A stretch of 63,576 bases of DNA from Octopus bimaculoides (taxonomy: Eukaryota), in assembly GCF_001194135.2 (NCBI RefSeq), contig NC_068986.1, positions 85,624,271 to 85,687,846 on the forward strand, read 5' to 3'. Below the pieces are notes generated by a model that saw only the letters and a list, made by a program, of their open reading frames with translations, searched no databases and was not told the DNA's origin. Position numbers and translations under genes: made by a program. Below are positions 51,456 to 63,576 of the stretch, piece by piece. The stretch's first letter is position 1; each line of letters starts with the position of its first letter.

Positions 51456-52245
51456 ATTATCAAGTTAACAAATACTTCAACAATAGCTCCATACACCACA
51501 CACAAAATTTAATTGTCCACATTCCAATTTTTTTAATTTTTCTAATTAGCTTCTCTTTTTAAAATATCAGCCGTTCTGTCTTGGTGGGGGTAATATTTTG
51601 TTAACCGGTCTCTAATACGTTAAAATTCATACGACAATATTTTTCCTTTACACGTGATTTTAAAATTTTGCAACTATTAATCTGTGTGTTGCTTTTTGTG
51701 GTAAAATATTGTATTCCTTTGCTTTGCAAACTGTTACGATGTTTTATTGCTTTGACGTTTCTATACCGCATTTTAGTAGTCAGATAATTTGGATAAAACT
51801 GTAGTCTTCTTATTTATGTGACAAAATGAACTAAGATTTTCTATATAAAAGCTTCTAGACTTATTTTCGGTATAATACATAATACTGTTTCTTACTTCCT
51901 TACTACAAGTATCATTTCTTCCTGTCTCTTTAGTCTTAGCAAGGTAATATTTATTTCTCGAGCATTTACCATAAATTGTAGGGTTGTTACTTGGTAGTTC
52001 CTTTTCGGTAAACCATTGCTATTCTGTCTTTATGGTAGTACACACATTTTACATAGAGTGTTTCTTTAATCTATTCTGAAAGAGAGAAACCGAAATAGTT
52101 ATCCAGACCAGATTAGACTTAAATATTGTGAGAGTTGAGCGGAAGTAATGAGATAATTATTCAATATGAAGGAGAGGGAGAGAGAGGGAGAGAGAGAGGG
52201 AGAATGAGAAGGAGAGAGTGATAATGTGTGTGAGAGAGAGTGTGT

Positions 52246-52290
<45 letters not shown>

Positions 52291-53437
52291 CAAATAAATG
52301 AAAGAAGGACAGAGACAGAGATAGAGAGGCTTAATTTGTGTATAAATGGGAATTCCAAATATCAACATTGCCTGTTGCATGTTAACTATAATAAAGGATC
52401 CTTGATTACAGAAAAAAACATTGTTTAGAATATGGTATATATATCAGTGCGGGTCTCATTTGAATTAAAATTTGGATGTATATATAACTGACATTGAAGT
52501 GTAGGGTTTCAAAATTTGTTACTTCAAATTCGTACCCGATGTGTGAGACAGCAAATAGGTGAAATGTTTCAATAAGTTGGCTCCCATTAGGAAGATATTC
52601 TTGTATGAGTAATTACTTTCAATTGTTGATAAAGCTGTTGTGAATTATTGCAGTTAACATAGAAGTCTCCTAGGGAATTTATGCAAAATTCGCTATGTAA
52701 TAAAATATAACACGTGACATAAATATATAATTATATACTGGTACTATTTGGATCCTCAGAATCACAGCTCCTCCTAACCGCACCACATAAGAGTCAAGTT
52801 CACATTACATAACTACATTGCAACACAATTTGTTTTTTATACCTCAACTGTTCCTATTTTATTCAACATTATTCCGAAAGAAATCAAAGACAATAAAGAG
52901 CCTATAGTATTCAAAAAGCTCGTAGACAAATTTCCCCAAGAAGTACTAGACGTATAACAGACACCGTGATATATCTCAGCAAGCAATAACACCCTATATA
53001 AGTGTATTACGTTGTCCCAAAGGCGACTTAGTGTGGTATCATTAAGTTAGGCATGTCTTGAGCCAATAATGACCAGAATCTGACCTGGTTGTCTAAGTTT
53101 TAGGGAAATATTTGTCGGTTGGAAAGTGAATTTTGAAAAAGGTAACAGTGGAGAACGTACAATATTATAATTTCCAGTATGCACTGTTCAGTTTTTCTCA
53201 CGATTTCCTTTTATAAAATAATGACCTTATATTTTCCGCAGACTTCTGCGAGCACTGTTGAGGAAATATGTCACTGTAAGTTATTATTAACAAAAGTACC
53301 TTTTTTCTGCAAGTCATAAGAACTGACCAGATAGCAGCTCTAGTCACAATCCGTCAGTCAAACAATCTATATATCTACCGAAGCCTGTATGTTTGTCTGT
53401 CTATCTGTTTGTCTATCTGTCTATCTATCTTGTTTCT

Positions 53438-53658
53438 TTATTACCCACAAGGGGCTAAACATACAGGGGACAAACAAGGACAGATAAAGGGATTAAGTCG
53501 ATTACATCGACCCCAGTGCGTAACTGGTACTTAATTTATCGACCCCGAAAGGATGAAAGGCAAAGTCGACCTCGGCGGAATTTGAACTTCGAACGTAACG
53601 GCAGACGAAATACCGCTAAGCATTTCACCCGGCGCTCTAATGATTCTGCCAGCTCGCC
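53438..53658 (-). mobile_element. SINE family A, best-preserved copy
   Basis: The minus strand reads GGCGAGCTGGCAGAATCATTAG..GTTCAAATTCCGCCGAGGTCGACTTTGCCTTTCATCCTTTCGGGGTCGATAAATTAAGTACCAG. Confidence 0.9.
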
Positions 53659-54599
53659 TATCTATATGTATGTATGCATTTCTGCTGTCTTTCTCTATCT
53701 CACTCTGTCTCTTTCTTACTGTCTTCCTTCCACTGCATTTATCTCTCTCTTCACCTCTGTCGTTATCTTTCTCTGTCTCTATTGCACTACGTACACACAC
53801 GTTCACACTTGCACACCCTAATTTCTTCGTTTATGTCGTATGTGTGTGTAATACAAAATCATAGATCTGCTATGCTTGTATCTCTATGTATTTGTCTGCC
53901 AGTCACTCCACCACTTTATTACTTTGCACATGTTACATGTACTCGTATTTGTATATATACATATATATACGCACATAACACATATGTACATGTACATGTA
54001 TGCATATATANNNNNNNNNNNNNNNNNNNNNNNNNNNNNNNNNNNNNNNNNNNNNNNNNNNNNNNNNNNNNNNNNNNNNNNNNNNNNNNNNNNNNNNNNN
54101 NNNNNNNNNNNNNNNNNNNNNNNNNNNNNNNNNNNNNNNNNNNNNNNNNNNNNNNNNNNNNNNNNNNNNNNNNNNNNNNNNNNNNNNNNNNNNNNNNNNN
54201 NNNNNNNNNNNNNNNNNNNNNNNNNNNNNNATATATATATATATATACAGAAATATTTATATATATACACAAATATTTACATATATATACACAATCAATT
54301 GCAAACACACACACATATATGCACATATATGTACGTTTGTGTGCATGTGACATTATGAATGTACTTCCTGACGCTGGCGTTTCATTGTGAATGTGCGTGT
54401 GTGTTAATGTCTGTGCGCGCGCACGTGATTCCGTATGCACCAACGTTACCCTAGTTAAATCTACAGCTCCAGGTATCAGCCTGCTTAATACATTTACCTG
54501 ATACATTCTGTTCCTTTGTGCTGGGAAATTCGGAAATGTTTATTAAATTTCTGAAACCGATTTCTGTTTTTTGTTGTTGATCGCGTTGGTTTGGTGTTG

Positions 54600-54623
54600 A
54601 CGACTACTATGAGTATTATGTTA

Positions 54624-54665
<42 letters not shown>

Positions 54666-55364
54666 GTGATGATGATATTGATGAGGATGACGATGAAGAT
54701 GATGACGACGACGATGGTGATCATGACGATGATGATAACGAGGACGATGGTAGTGATGGTGGTTGTGATGGTGGTGGTGGTGGCGGTGGTGGTGATGGTG
54801 GTGTTTGCGGTGGTGTTGCGGTGGTGATGGTGGTGTTTGCCGTGGTGGTGGTGGTGGTGATGAGGATGATGATGATGATGATAATGATGATGATGATGAT
54901 AATGATGATGATGATGAGGATGATGATGATGATGACTTTGATGATGATGTCGATGACGATGAAGAAGATGTAGTGATGGTAGTGGTGGTGGTGATGAGGA
55001 TGATATTGATAGTGATTACGCTGATTAATGTTGTTATTGTTATCATTGCTGTGTTCTCGAAGATGTGGATGAAGAGGTTGATAATGATGCTTTAGGGTGG
55101 TGCCGATGGTGATGGTGAAGGTGTTGGTGCTGGAGGTAGTGGGGGTAGTTGAGAATGATAGTGGCTGTGACGGTAGTGTTTAATGATATTGTTTTCAAAC
55201 CGATCTGTTCGTTACATTGTTCTGATTGTTATAACTGTTGACGTCGTCAATAACAACAACAACTGCAAGAACAATTATGACAACGGAGTCAAATTTTCTT
55301 ATTTGGATTCTTGTGGCAACCTTTGTAATCTCCACTGATGTTGTTAATCGCCTTGCTACAATTA

Positions 55365-55395
<31 letters not shown>

Positions 55396-55444
55396 TGTAG
55401 TCTTAGTAGTAGTAGTAGTAGTAGTAGTCGTCGTCGTCGTCGTC

Positions 55445-55512
<68 letters not shown>

Positions 55513-55560
55513 TGTAGTGGAAGCAGCAGCAGCAGAAGCAGCAGTAGAGATGGTGGCAAC
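54600..55560. repeat. (GAT)n/(GGT)n/(TAG)n/(GTC)n trinucleotide tracts
   Basis: Direct reading. Confidence 0.9.
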
Positions 55561-56229
55561 GGTAACAGTGGTAGAGATCATAGTGACAATAGAGGAGGCA
55601 CCAACGGTGGCGACAGCAACGTTCCTTCGCCCTCCTCCTCACTCTCTTTGTTTCTTTCCCTCATCCTCTCTCTTGTCACCCTTCCCCTCTGCCTGTACCT
55701 CACACGTAATAACCGGCCATTTTTGTCGCCCTTGTCCTTTCTGGACAAGACGCCCATCAGGCTGGACGTCATTTCACTCGGCTCCCGACATATTTTCTCT
55801 TCTACTATTTTCTTCTCTTGTATTTCCATTATAAATAATCTCTTCAAGGCGTTACCCATTACAATTCGTCTTGGACTAACGGCCCTTAATGTTTGTCTTC
55901 GTCGATTGTGTACTTTGTACGTTCACTCTGTTGTTGTTTCTTAGTTCGAAGCCCTAGCTCTTCACAAATTTTGTATTTTTAAACTTTCTGGATGCTGCTG
56001 TCTTATAAAGTTTTCCTATCTTGTCGCTGAAAGCACAAAATAGGGAGCTGTAAAACAGTCAACAACTGACGAGAGAGTTATCTTCGTTTGGTATTTTGTC
56101 CTGTACTTGTCTCTTGTCTTTACATATTTTCCACCGTTAGTGGTGTTCTGTACTTAATGTGTACTTTCTATTTATTTATGATCGAACGCAACGCATCCTT
56201 GTCTACCGTAAATTCTTATATATATTATA

Positions 56230-56391
56230 TACGAAGGGCTTCTTCCAGTTTCCGTCCGCCAAATACACACACAAGGCTTTAGTCGGCCCGAGGCTATAGA
56301 AGACACTTACACAAGGTGTCATGTAATAGGACTGAACCCGGAACCATGTAGTTTAGTAGCCAGATTTTTACCACAAAGCCACGTCCGCGCC
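56230..56391 (-). mobile_element. tRNA-derived SINE family B
   Basis: The minus strand head reads GGCGCGGACGTGGCTTTGTGGTAA..GGTTCCGGGTTCAGTCC. It matches 35738. Confidence 0.8.
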
Positions 56392-56963
56392 TCGATACTT
56401 TTTGTAGAAATAATCTTTTGACTGCTATTTCCAGCGTGGTGGTATCTCTTGGATACCCTAAATTATAATTTTAAATAACTATTACCTCTGATGGTTTTTT
56501 ATTCCCATGCTGGCCACCTGATAAAATCGGTATTTAAATATCGATCTTATCCTCATTTATATAAATTGATATATTCATTTCGTCATTATATTCACTGCGG
56601 TGATACTCTGACCGTATCAGAACTTGTTGCAATTGCTTCCTTCAGAGTCTTATCTCAATGATGATTATATTCAAAACATCATGAAAAAAAAAAAAAAAAG
56701 AATCATCGAAAACAATCATAGTAATGAAAACAGAGGAATCCATAATTTCCGGATTGCAGGTCCGGATTCTGCTGGAAAGTTTTTAATTTACTCACGGAGT
56801 TATCCTCATTCCAAAATGATATTTTGGGCTACGGCGTCTAGGAGTAAAGTTGAAAAAGTGTGGCACATTGATATTCACATTTATTATATTGCTATTTATT
56901 ATGTATTTATTATATCACATGAGTTATTATATTATATTATGTTATATCATTGTCTTATATAAG

Positions 56964-57135
56964 GGCGGCAAGCTGGCGGGATCGTTAGCAAACCACGAGA
57001 CATTCTTAGCGTTATTTCGTCTGCTGTTAGGTGTTGTGTTCGAATTCCGCGGAGGTCGACTTTGCCCTTCGGGGTCGATAAAATTAGTACCAGTAACGTA
57101 CTAGGGTTGCTGCAATCGATTGAACCCCTTCCAGT
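56964..57135 (+). mobile_element. SINE family A
   Basis: GGCGGCAAGCTGGCGGGATCGTTAGC..GTTCGAATTCCGCGGAGGTCGACTTTGCC. Confidence 0.82.
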
Positions 57136-57818
57136 AGAATGGATTTATTAAAGTTGAAAAAGCGTGACACACTGACATTCACATTTATTATACTAGATAT
57201 ATTTAATGTTGGGAAAACTTTACTTCAATTAAAGTGTATTTTATATATGCATGTGTGTACGTGCGTGCGTGTGTGTGTGTGTTTGTGTATGTAGATATGT
57301 ATTAAAAATAGCACAAAAATAAAACAAAAACGATAGTATTCGGAACGTTGGCGACGGGAATTTTTGTCAAATAGACATTGATAAACAATGTTGTACATCA
57401 TCTCCCTGTTTCTTTCACAAACCCACTATTTCCCTTTCATATTATTACTTCCTCTGTCATCATCAACATTACTACTTGTAATAAAACATCATCATCTCTC
57501 CCAAAATTTCTTTGTCTCTCTCTCCCTCTCTTGTTCTTTCTCTCTCTCTCTCTCCCTCTCTTGTTCTTTCTCTCTCTCTCTCTCTCCCTCTCTTGTTCTT
57601 TCTCTCTCTCTCTCATTCTCTGTCTTCGCCACCACCCTCACCATCTATATGCCTACTATTAGTCTCACCCCATCATGAAGAATAGTAGAAGCTTCATTGA
57701 ATAGTGAGAGAGGGGTCTAAGTGTGACACACTGACACACAGAAATTAGTTTTCGCATTTATTATATTATATTATATTATACATATATANNNNNNNNNNNN
57801 NNNNNNNNNNNNNNNNNN

Positions 57819-57850
<32 letters not shown>

Positions 57851-59579
57851 GTCATGGAATTTAATGCGTCTTAAAAAAGGAAAATATTTCCATAAAACCA
57901 TAAAATTATGCATCAAGAATGGAACTAAAGTTATTACTGCTCTTAATGCAACGTTATGTTGACAGTAAAATTGCAAAATTGAATAAATGATTCGGATGAA
58001 TCCAAGTGCTAAGATGGATTGAATGCAATTGGCAAAAACCTGAGAATCTAGTCTCATATACCAATTATGTTTGATGAAAGCTCCAGAAAAATAAACAAAA
58101 GCTTTTTGTTTCATCCTTATTTCATAGAAGACTATAATCGTTTGAAACGTCAATCCAGTGAAAATGATACACTGCTCAACATGCACGATGGTAGTAAATA
58201 ATATGGAGAATACTTTAAGATCTATTTTGACTAAAATATCAGAATAATAATTTTACATTATGCAAACAATAATTAAAAAAGAAATAATGAGTATTTCCGA
58301 ACTATCGTCACAACAATTAATCTCTCCCGAATTACGGAATAAGATATCTGCTGATGTCACAACCCAAAGTCAACCATTTTAAAAGAATTATTTCTCTCAT
58401 TCATTTCAAGATCAGTGAAGAATGGCAATGTTCACTTTAACTGATATACAATCGAAAATTCATTCATTCGTGAAGTTATCGTATGTTTTAAATTGTAGTC
58501 TCTTAAAAACAATTAGGCTTATAGATACTACTCGACTACATTTGTATAAATGCTTAAGCATTTTATCCAACGATCTGATGATTCTGCCAGCTAGTCAAAT
58601 ATTTACTGAATTGGTTGCCGACCATAAATTTCTTATGAAACTGTGACTTCCTATTTTCAGAATTGACTCTAATTTATTACAGGCCACGTCACACTAGGTA
58701 CATCTTTTATTATGTATATTCTCATAATAGTGCTTTTGAAACAAAACTTTTCAAATCGGAAGCGATTATGTTCGACGCTGAGAATTTTCGAATTTTCACG
58801 ATCGACGATAGTAGTGTTAATTAGTAATGGATAAATACCGAAAGATAGATACGGAAGAGCATTAAATAACATATGTATGGTTCATTGGGAAAATATTCGG
58901 CGGCATGTTGGGTGAGTAAATCTAGATTCTCTTTTACATACATACCATAGAATATATATTTGAATCACACTAAGAAAGTTTTAATTGATACAATTCCTCG
59001 CTGAAAAAAGATTTGCCATCTATTTGTTCCATAAAATATGTTGTAGCTCTAATTTACTGAGGTCGTTTTAATCGACTCTACCCTTTTCCTTAAAAAGAAA
59101 TTAACCTTTTGTTTAAACAAGGAACCACTGTTCTTAATTAGCTGTTCGAGTGGAATATACAAATAGTCGACACTAATGCAGTCTTTAGGAGAAATTCTTA
59201 AAATATCTTTTTATAATATCAAACATTTTAGAAAATAATTGAGATATGATCTGAACATTGTTACATTTATTTGTCTTTTCGTCGACACTGTGCTGGAAAT
59301 ACAAGGAGACAAGCACACACCTGGTTTGGTAACTTTCTACAGGATCTTCAACTGAGTCGTGACTGCTTTATAAGAAAGATCTCTGGCGTCAACTTGTCTT
59401 AATGTTACTGTCTAGTTCTTCACACCTCAACCAATTAAGCGATTAAAACACACCATAGATTTTTAAAAGGATTCACACTTCAAATTGGTGATATAGAGAA
59501 GTAGAGGATAGAATATGTAACTTGATTAACAATAAAACATTTGAGGTCATACAGAATGCTAAACTGTACATCTCAAGTA

Positions 59580-59612
59580 AACAATAACAACAACTGAAAT
59601 AATAACATCATC

Positions 59613-59683
<71 letters not shown>

Positions 59684-59903
59684 TAACAACAACAACAACA
59701 ACAGCAATAATAATACTAATAATAATGATGATGATGATGATGATGTCATCACAAACACAAACACTGAAATGTTGATTATGTTTTTTTATGAAGAAACACT
59801 TTCACACAGATTATTATATTACTATTTTGTAATTTTTATTGTCATCATCATCGTCATTGTCGCTGTCGTCTTCGTCGTCATCGTCGTCGTCGTCCTCATC
59901 ATT

Positions 59904-59950
<47 letters not shown>

Positions 59951-60043
59951 GATTAGTGGAAAATCATTGTGTCTTAATAAAACAAAAACAATATAAAAAA
60001 GAAAAATATATTCACCGTCATCATCAACTTCATCTACTCCCCT

Positions 60044-60104
<61 letters not shown>

Positions 60105-60170
60105 CGATAAGCATCATTGGCATCACCATCACCATTATCATAATCGTCTTCGCCCCTTCTGTCTTCGTCT
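59580..60170. repeat. (TAA)n and (CAT)n tracts
   Basis: Direct reading. Confidence 0.9.
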
Positions 60171-60989
60171 TTGTTATTAAAATTGTTTCGCTTATTTGTC
60201 TTAGTTTCCGATTTTTTAAGATAATCCAAGTATATTTAAGTATTTTTTTTTTGTGAAAACATTAATGAGTATCTTGTTTCTTTTTATTTTAAAGATGTAA
60301 GCTACGTTATCTTTTTATTCAAGAATTAGAAAACTGATGTTCGAATTAGGTGCGTAACATTTTATGAGTAGTGTCAGGTGTGTACATTTGAATTTAATTA
60401 TTTTGTAAAATTAAAATGAAGAAAAATTATTCTTACAACATTAAAATGATCTGACACAACGACAATCAAAAATATGAACTCAGCAAAAGATTTAAAACTT
60501 TGCGAAGACTTTGTATATTTTCTGTGCCAGGTAGATTTTTAAGAAGATAATATTAAAACGTTATATCAGATGAATTTAACTGAGCAGAAAATAGTTTTGT
60601 ACAGATGTATACGGAAATTAGGTGCATCTGTTACTTAGAGATCTTCGTTATGTTTCAGTCTGTATCGCGACCACATAAGAGTCATTGATTATTTTTAACG
60701 CACTTAGCATTTATGAAACAGTTCAAATCAAACGACTGTTTCAAATCATAGTCTACCTTTCTGTGGCAGAGGTTGAATTGTAGATGCTCAGATTGGACAA
60801 TTGTCACGTATGGTAAGCTGGAACAGCATAGAACTGTTTCCATATTGGTTATTTTGTGTGAATAGTATCAGAACTTTGCTTTTACAAGTTGCATCGTTTC
60901 GGTACAAATCAGTAATTAATATAGAATTAGATATCGGGGTCACTAAAAGATTGATCGGTTTAAATACAAATCTATTGGTTTCAAATTTT

Positions 60990-61160
60990 GGTACAAATCT
61001 AACGGTTTAAGGCAGGGTCTAAAGCGACTATATTGACCTCAGTATTCAAGTGGTACTTATTTTATCGACCCAGAAATGATGAAAGACACAGTCGGACTCA
61101 GTAGAATTTGAACCTAGAACGTAAATACCAGGAAGAAACGTTGCTAAGCATTTTTGTCGG
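60990..61160 (-). mobile_element. SINE family A, decayed
   Basis: TGGTACTTATTTTATCGACCC..GAATTTGAAC. Confidence 0.72.
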
Positions 61161-61775
61161 AATATTCTAATACAAATAATGATGGAGTTTCCATAATTAG
61201 CAGGTGTATCGATACAATTAAAAGTTGACTTAATGACACTTACTGACAGTAATAGAAAATGCTTATTAAAGGCACAACTCTTCTCTCGCTAAAAGAAAAT
61301 GAAAACGCGCTAGTATAACATCTGTATCGAGTGAAACTGCATGACGCGAAACCGACACAGTTCCTTGAGATCAAATAGACTTGTTATATTTGTTGCGGTG
61401 TTGCGCATATTTGCCAGAGTGAAGTATGAACGCTTTCGTAGTTGAAAGCTCACAGAAGGTATAGTAGAGGCAGAAGTGGTCGAAACTTTTGAGTCCGCCT
61501 CGTAAGTGCATCTCTTGATGAGGTAGTACGCAGTTAGACATGGTCCTCATTGATTAATGATGGGTGAAACGTCTTTGAGTGATGGAGGTGGATGCACACT
61601 GCAGTAACTCACATTTCTTTCTTCCTTTATATTTTGAAGTTGCTATGTCAGCATCAACTTTGACGGACGAACGATCATCAATGATAAAGATGATGACATT
61701 GCTTTGGTCATGCCTATGACTACGACAACGACGACGACGACGATGACGATGATGATGGTGATGAAGATGCTGATG

Positions 61776-61822
<47 letters not shown>

Positions 61823-62019
61823 CATAATAATAATAATATTAATAGCAACAACGACAACAACAACAACAATAATAATAACAATAATAATAATGATTCCATT
61901 TATTTGCCACAAGGGCGAAGGACGAGGGGAACAATACAGAGACAGACATAAAATGTGGAGGTTTACATATAATGATGAAATGATAACAATAATAATTAAA
62001 TAAAAATGTAAACGCGGTA

Positions 62020-62573
62020 TACAATGGAAAAGAAGTGAAATATGCATATGTTGAAGATAATAATGTCATTATCGTCTGGGATTTTCCAGTCAACACTGAC
62101 AGAACAATCCAGACTAATCGACCACACATAATTATTAAAGACAGGGAAGAAAATACTGGTAGACTAAGAGGTAAGCGTTCCTACTGATTAAAATATATAT
62201 GTTAAGGAATTTGACAAACTAAGTAACTGTTTGAACCTGGAAATTGAAATACAAAATATGTGGCATATCAAAGCGAGAACTCTTCGTGTGTTTGTGGGTG
62301 TCTCAGGTTTGATATAAGAAAGGAAAGTCAAAAACATCTAGATAAGATCCCAGGAGAACCATGTCTCAGAGAAATCCAAAAGACTGTGCTGACAAGTACT
62401 GCCCACATCCTTAGAAAAACCCTATCCATTTAAATGTCTGTGTTGTATTACATGAAGATATTTCACTACCTCCCCTACCCAAGCTTTCAGTCTTATTTCA
62501 GTCTTATCCTTCACTCGCCCCAAGACGCTGGGTATGTCTCGGCAAGTGACTGTAACAAAGATGGAGATTAAAA

Positions 62574-62574
<1 letters not shown>
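62020..62574 (+). mobile_element. 5'-truncated Dong/R4 LINE: restriction-like endonuclease region plus 3' UTR
   Basis: IVWDFPVNTDRTIQTNRP.IIIKD..VSVPTD.NI..KE.DKLS..LEIEIQNMW..EIQKTVLTSTAHILRKTLSI*, stop at 62431-62433. Confidence 0.85.

Positions 62575-62662
<88 letters not shown>
62575..62662. repeat. (TAA)n tract separating two Dong/R4 copies
   Basis: Direct reading. Confidence 0.95.
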
Positions 62663-63576
62663 TGCTAAATGACATAATATATGCGGCAGCCACTGCAGCC
62701 ACATAAGAAGCAGGATACTCACTCAAACCCATCCGAACAGGAGTTCTACCACCCAAACAGACCTTGTGGATAAATAACATCCAGAACAAAATTAAAAAAA
62801 AAGAGAAAAGATTTATCGATTCTCAACGAAATTAGTAAACAATCAACACAACTAAGTAACAAGAAGAAAACAAAAATACCGTACAAATACAACATTACAG
62901 AAAAAGACTTACCTGAGGCAAAAGAAAAACTAAAGCAAGACATCCTTGCCAAAGCACAAAGGATCCGCCGGTATGAGAAACGCCAACGTTTCTTTGAACA
63001 AAACAAACAGTTCAAATCCAACCCCAAAAAACTCTACCAAGAACTGGGTAAAAATAAAATAGACATTACTGCAGCACCAACAGCAGAAGAGCTAGAGAAA
63101 TTCTGGAAACAAATATGGTCGGTGAAGCAACAACCCCAGAAAAAGGACCAGTAAAACAACGAATTTAGCACCTGAGCAACTCTGGGCCCCTATAACAACT
63201 GAAGAGGTCACCCAGACACTGCAAAAACTAAGCAACTGGAAGGCACCTGGACACGACAAGATCCCCAATTTCTGGTTAAAACACCTGCCAGGAATGCATA
63301 AAAAGCTGGCAGAAAATTTAACAACATACTAGCAGATCCAGAGACAATGGCTGAATGGCTCACACAAGGGAAAAACCATCTTAATCCCCAAATCCTCGGA
63401 AACGGAGAAACCACAAAACTATAGACCTATAACCTGTCTCCCTACGATCTACAAAGCCTTTACTGCAATAATATCGCAGGGATTGAGTAAACACCTGGAA
63501 AATAACAACCTGTTTCCAGAAGAGCAGAAGGGATGCTGCAAGGGCTCATACGGCTGTAAAGATCAATTATTGATCA
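62663..63576 (+). mobile_element. Dong/R4 LINE, 5'-truncated, RT N-terminal region running off the window
   Basis: LKQDILAKAQRIRRYEKRQRFFEQNKQFKSNPKKLY..NWKAPGHDKIPNFWLK..NYRPITCLPTIYKAFT..EQKGCCKGSYGCKDQLLI. Confidence 0.92.

Noticed and set aside
55690-55930. Possible RTE LINE 3' end on the minus strand
   Set aside because: The similarity is too degraded to support by eye.
56846-57192. 43-bp direct repeat either side of the SINE at 56964, considered as a long TSD
   Set aside because: It is not flush with the SINE ends, the copies are diverged, and a third partial copy lies near 57720.

Overview
Animal (eukaryotic), AT-rich, repeat-saturated draft-assembly window with many N gaps. The microsatellite density, the tRNA-derived SINE families and the TTAGGG repeat point to a cephalopod, most likely Octopus (inference, not checked against a database). 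I cannot confidently call any host protein-coding exon, and almost all supplied ORFs are microsatellite or gap artefacts. Recognisable content is decayed mobile DNA: a Ty3/Gypsy element (7.8-11.9 kb), CR1-group, Tx1/L1 and Dong/R4 LINE fragments, several mariner relics, a TIR element with an 8-bp TSD, three SINE families and a probable Penelope-like (PLE) ORF relic. The most notable signal, read by eye, is a set of minimal type I hammerhead ribozymes. Four have a complete catalytic core (1395-1435 +, 7585-7634 -, 23237-23294 +, 35015-35079 -) and about five more are decayed. They lie in short non-coding elements from several families, usually with an inverted duplication of their own sequence, and one lies in a SINE-like unit with a Pol III B-box. 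All four intact motifs have a palindromic helix III, and two families share an unusual U.U at positions 10.1/11.1. All alignments and folds are manual, and coordinates of decayed elements are approximate.
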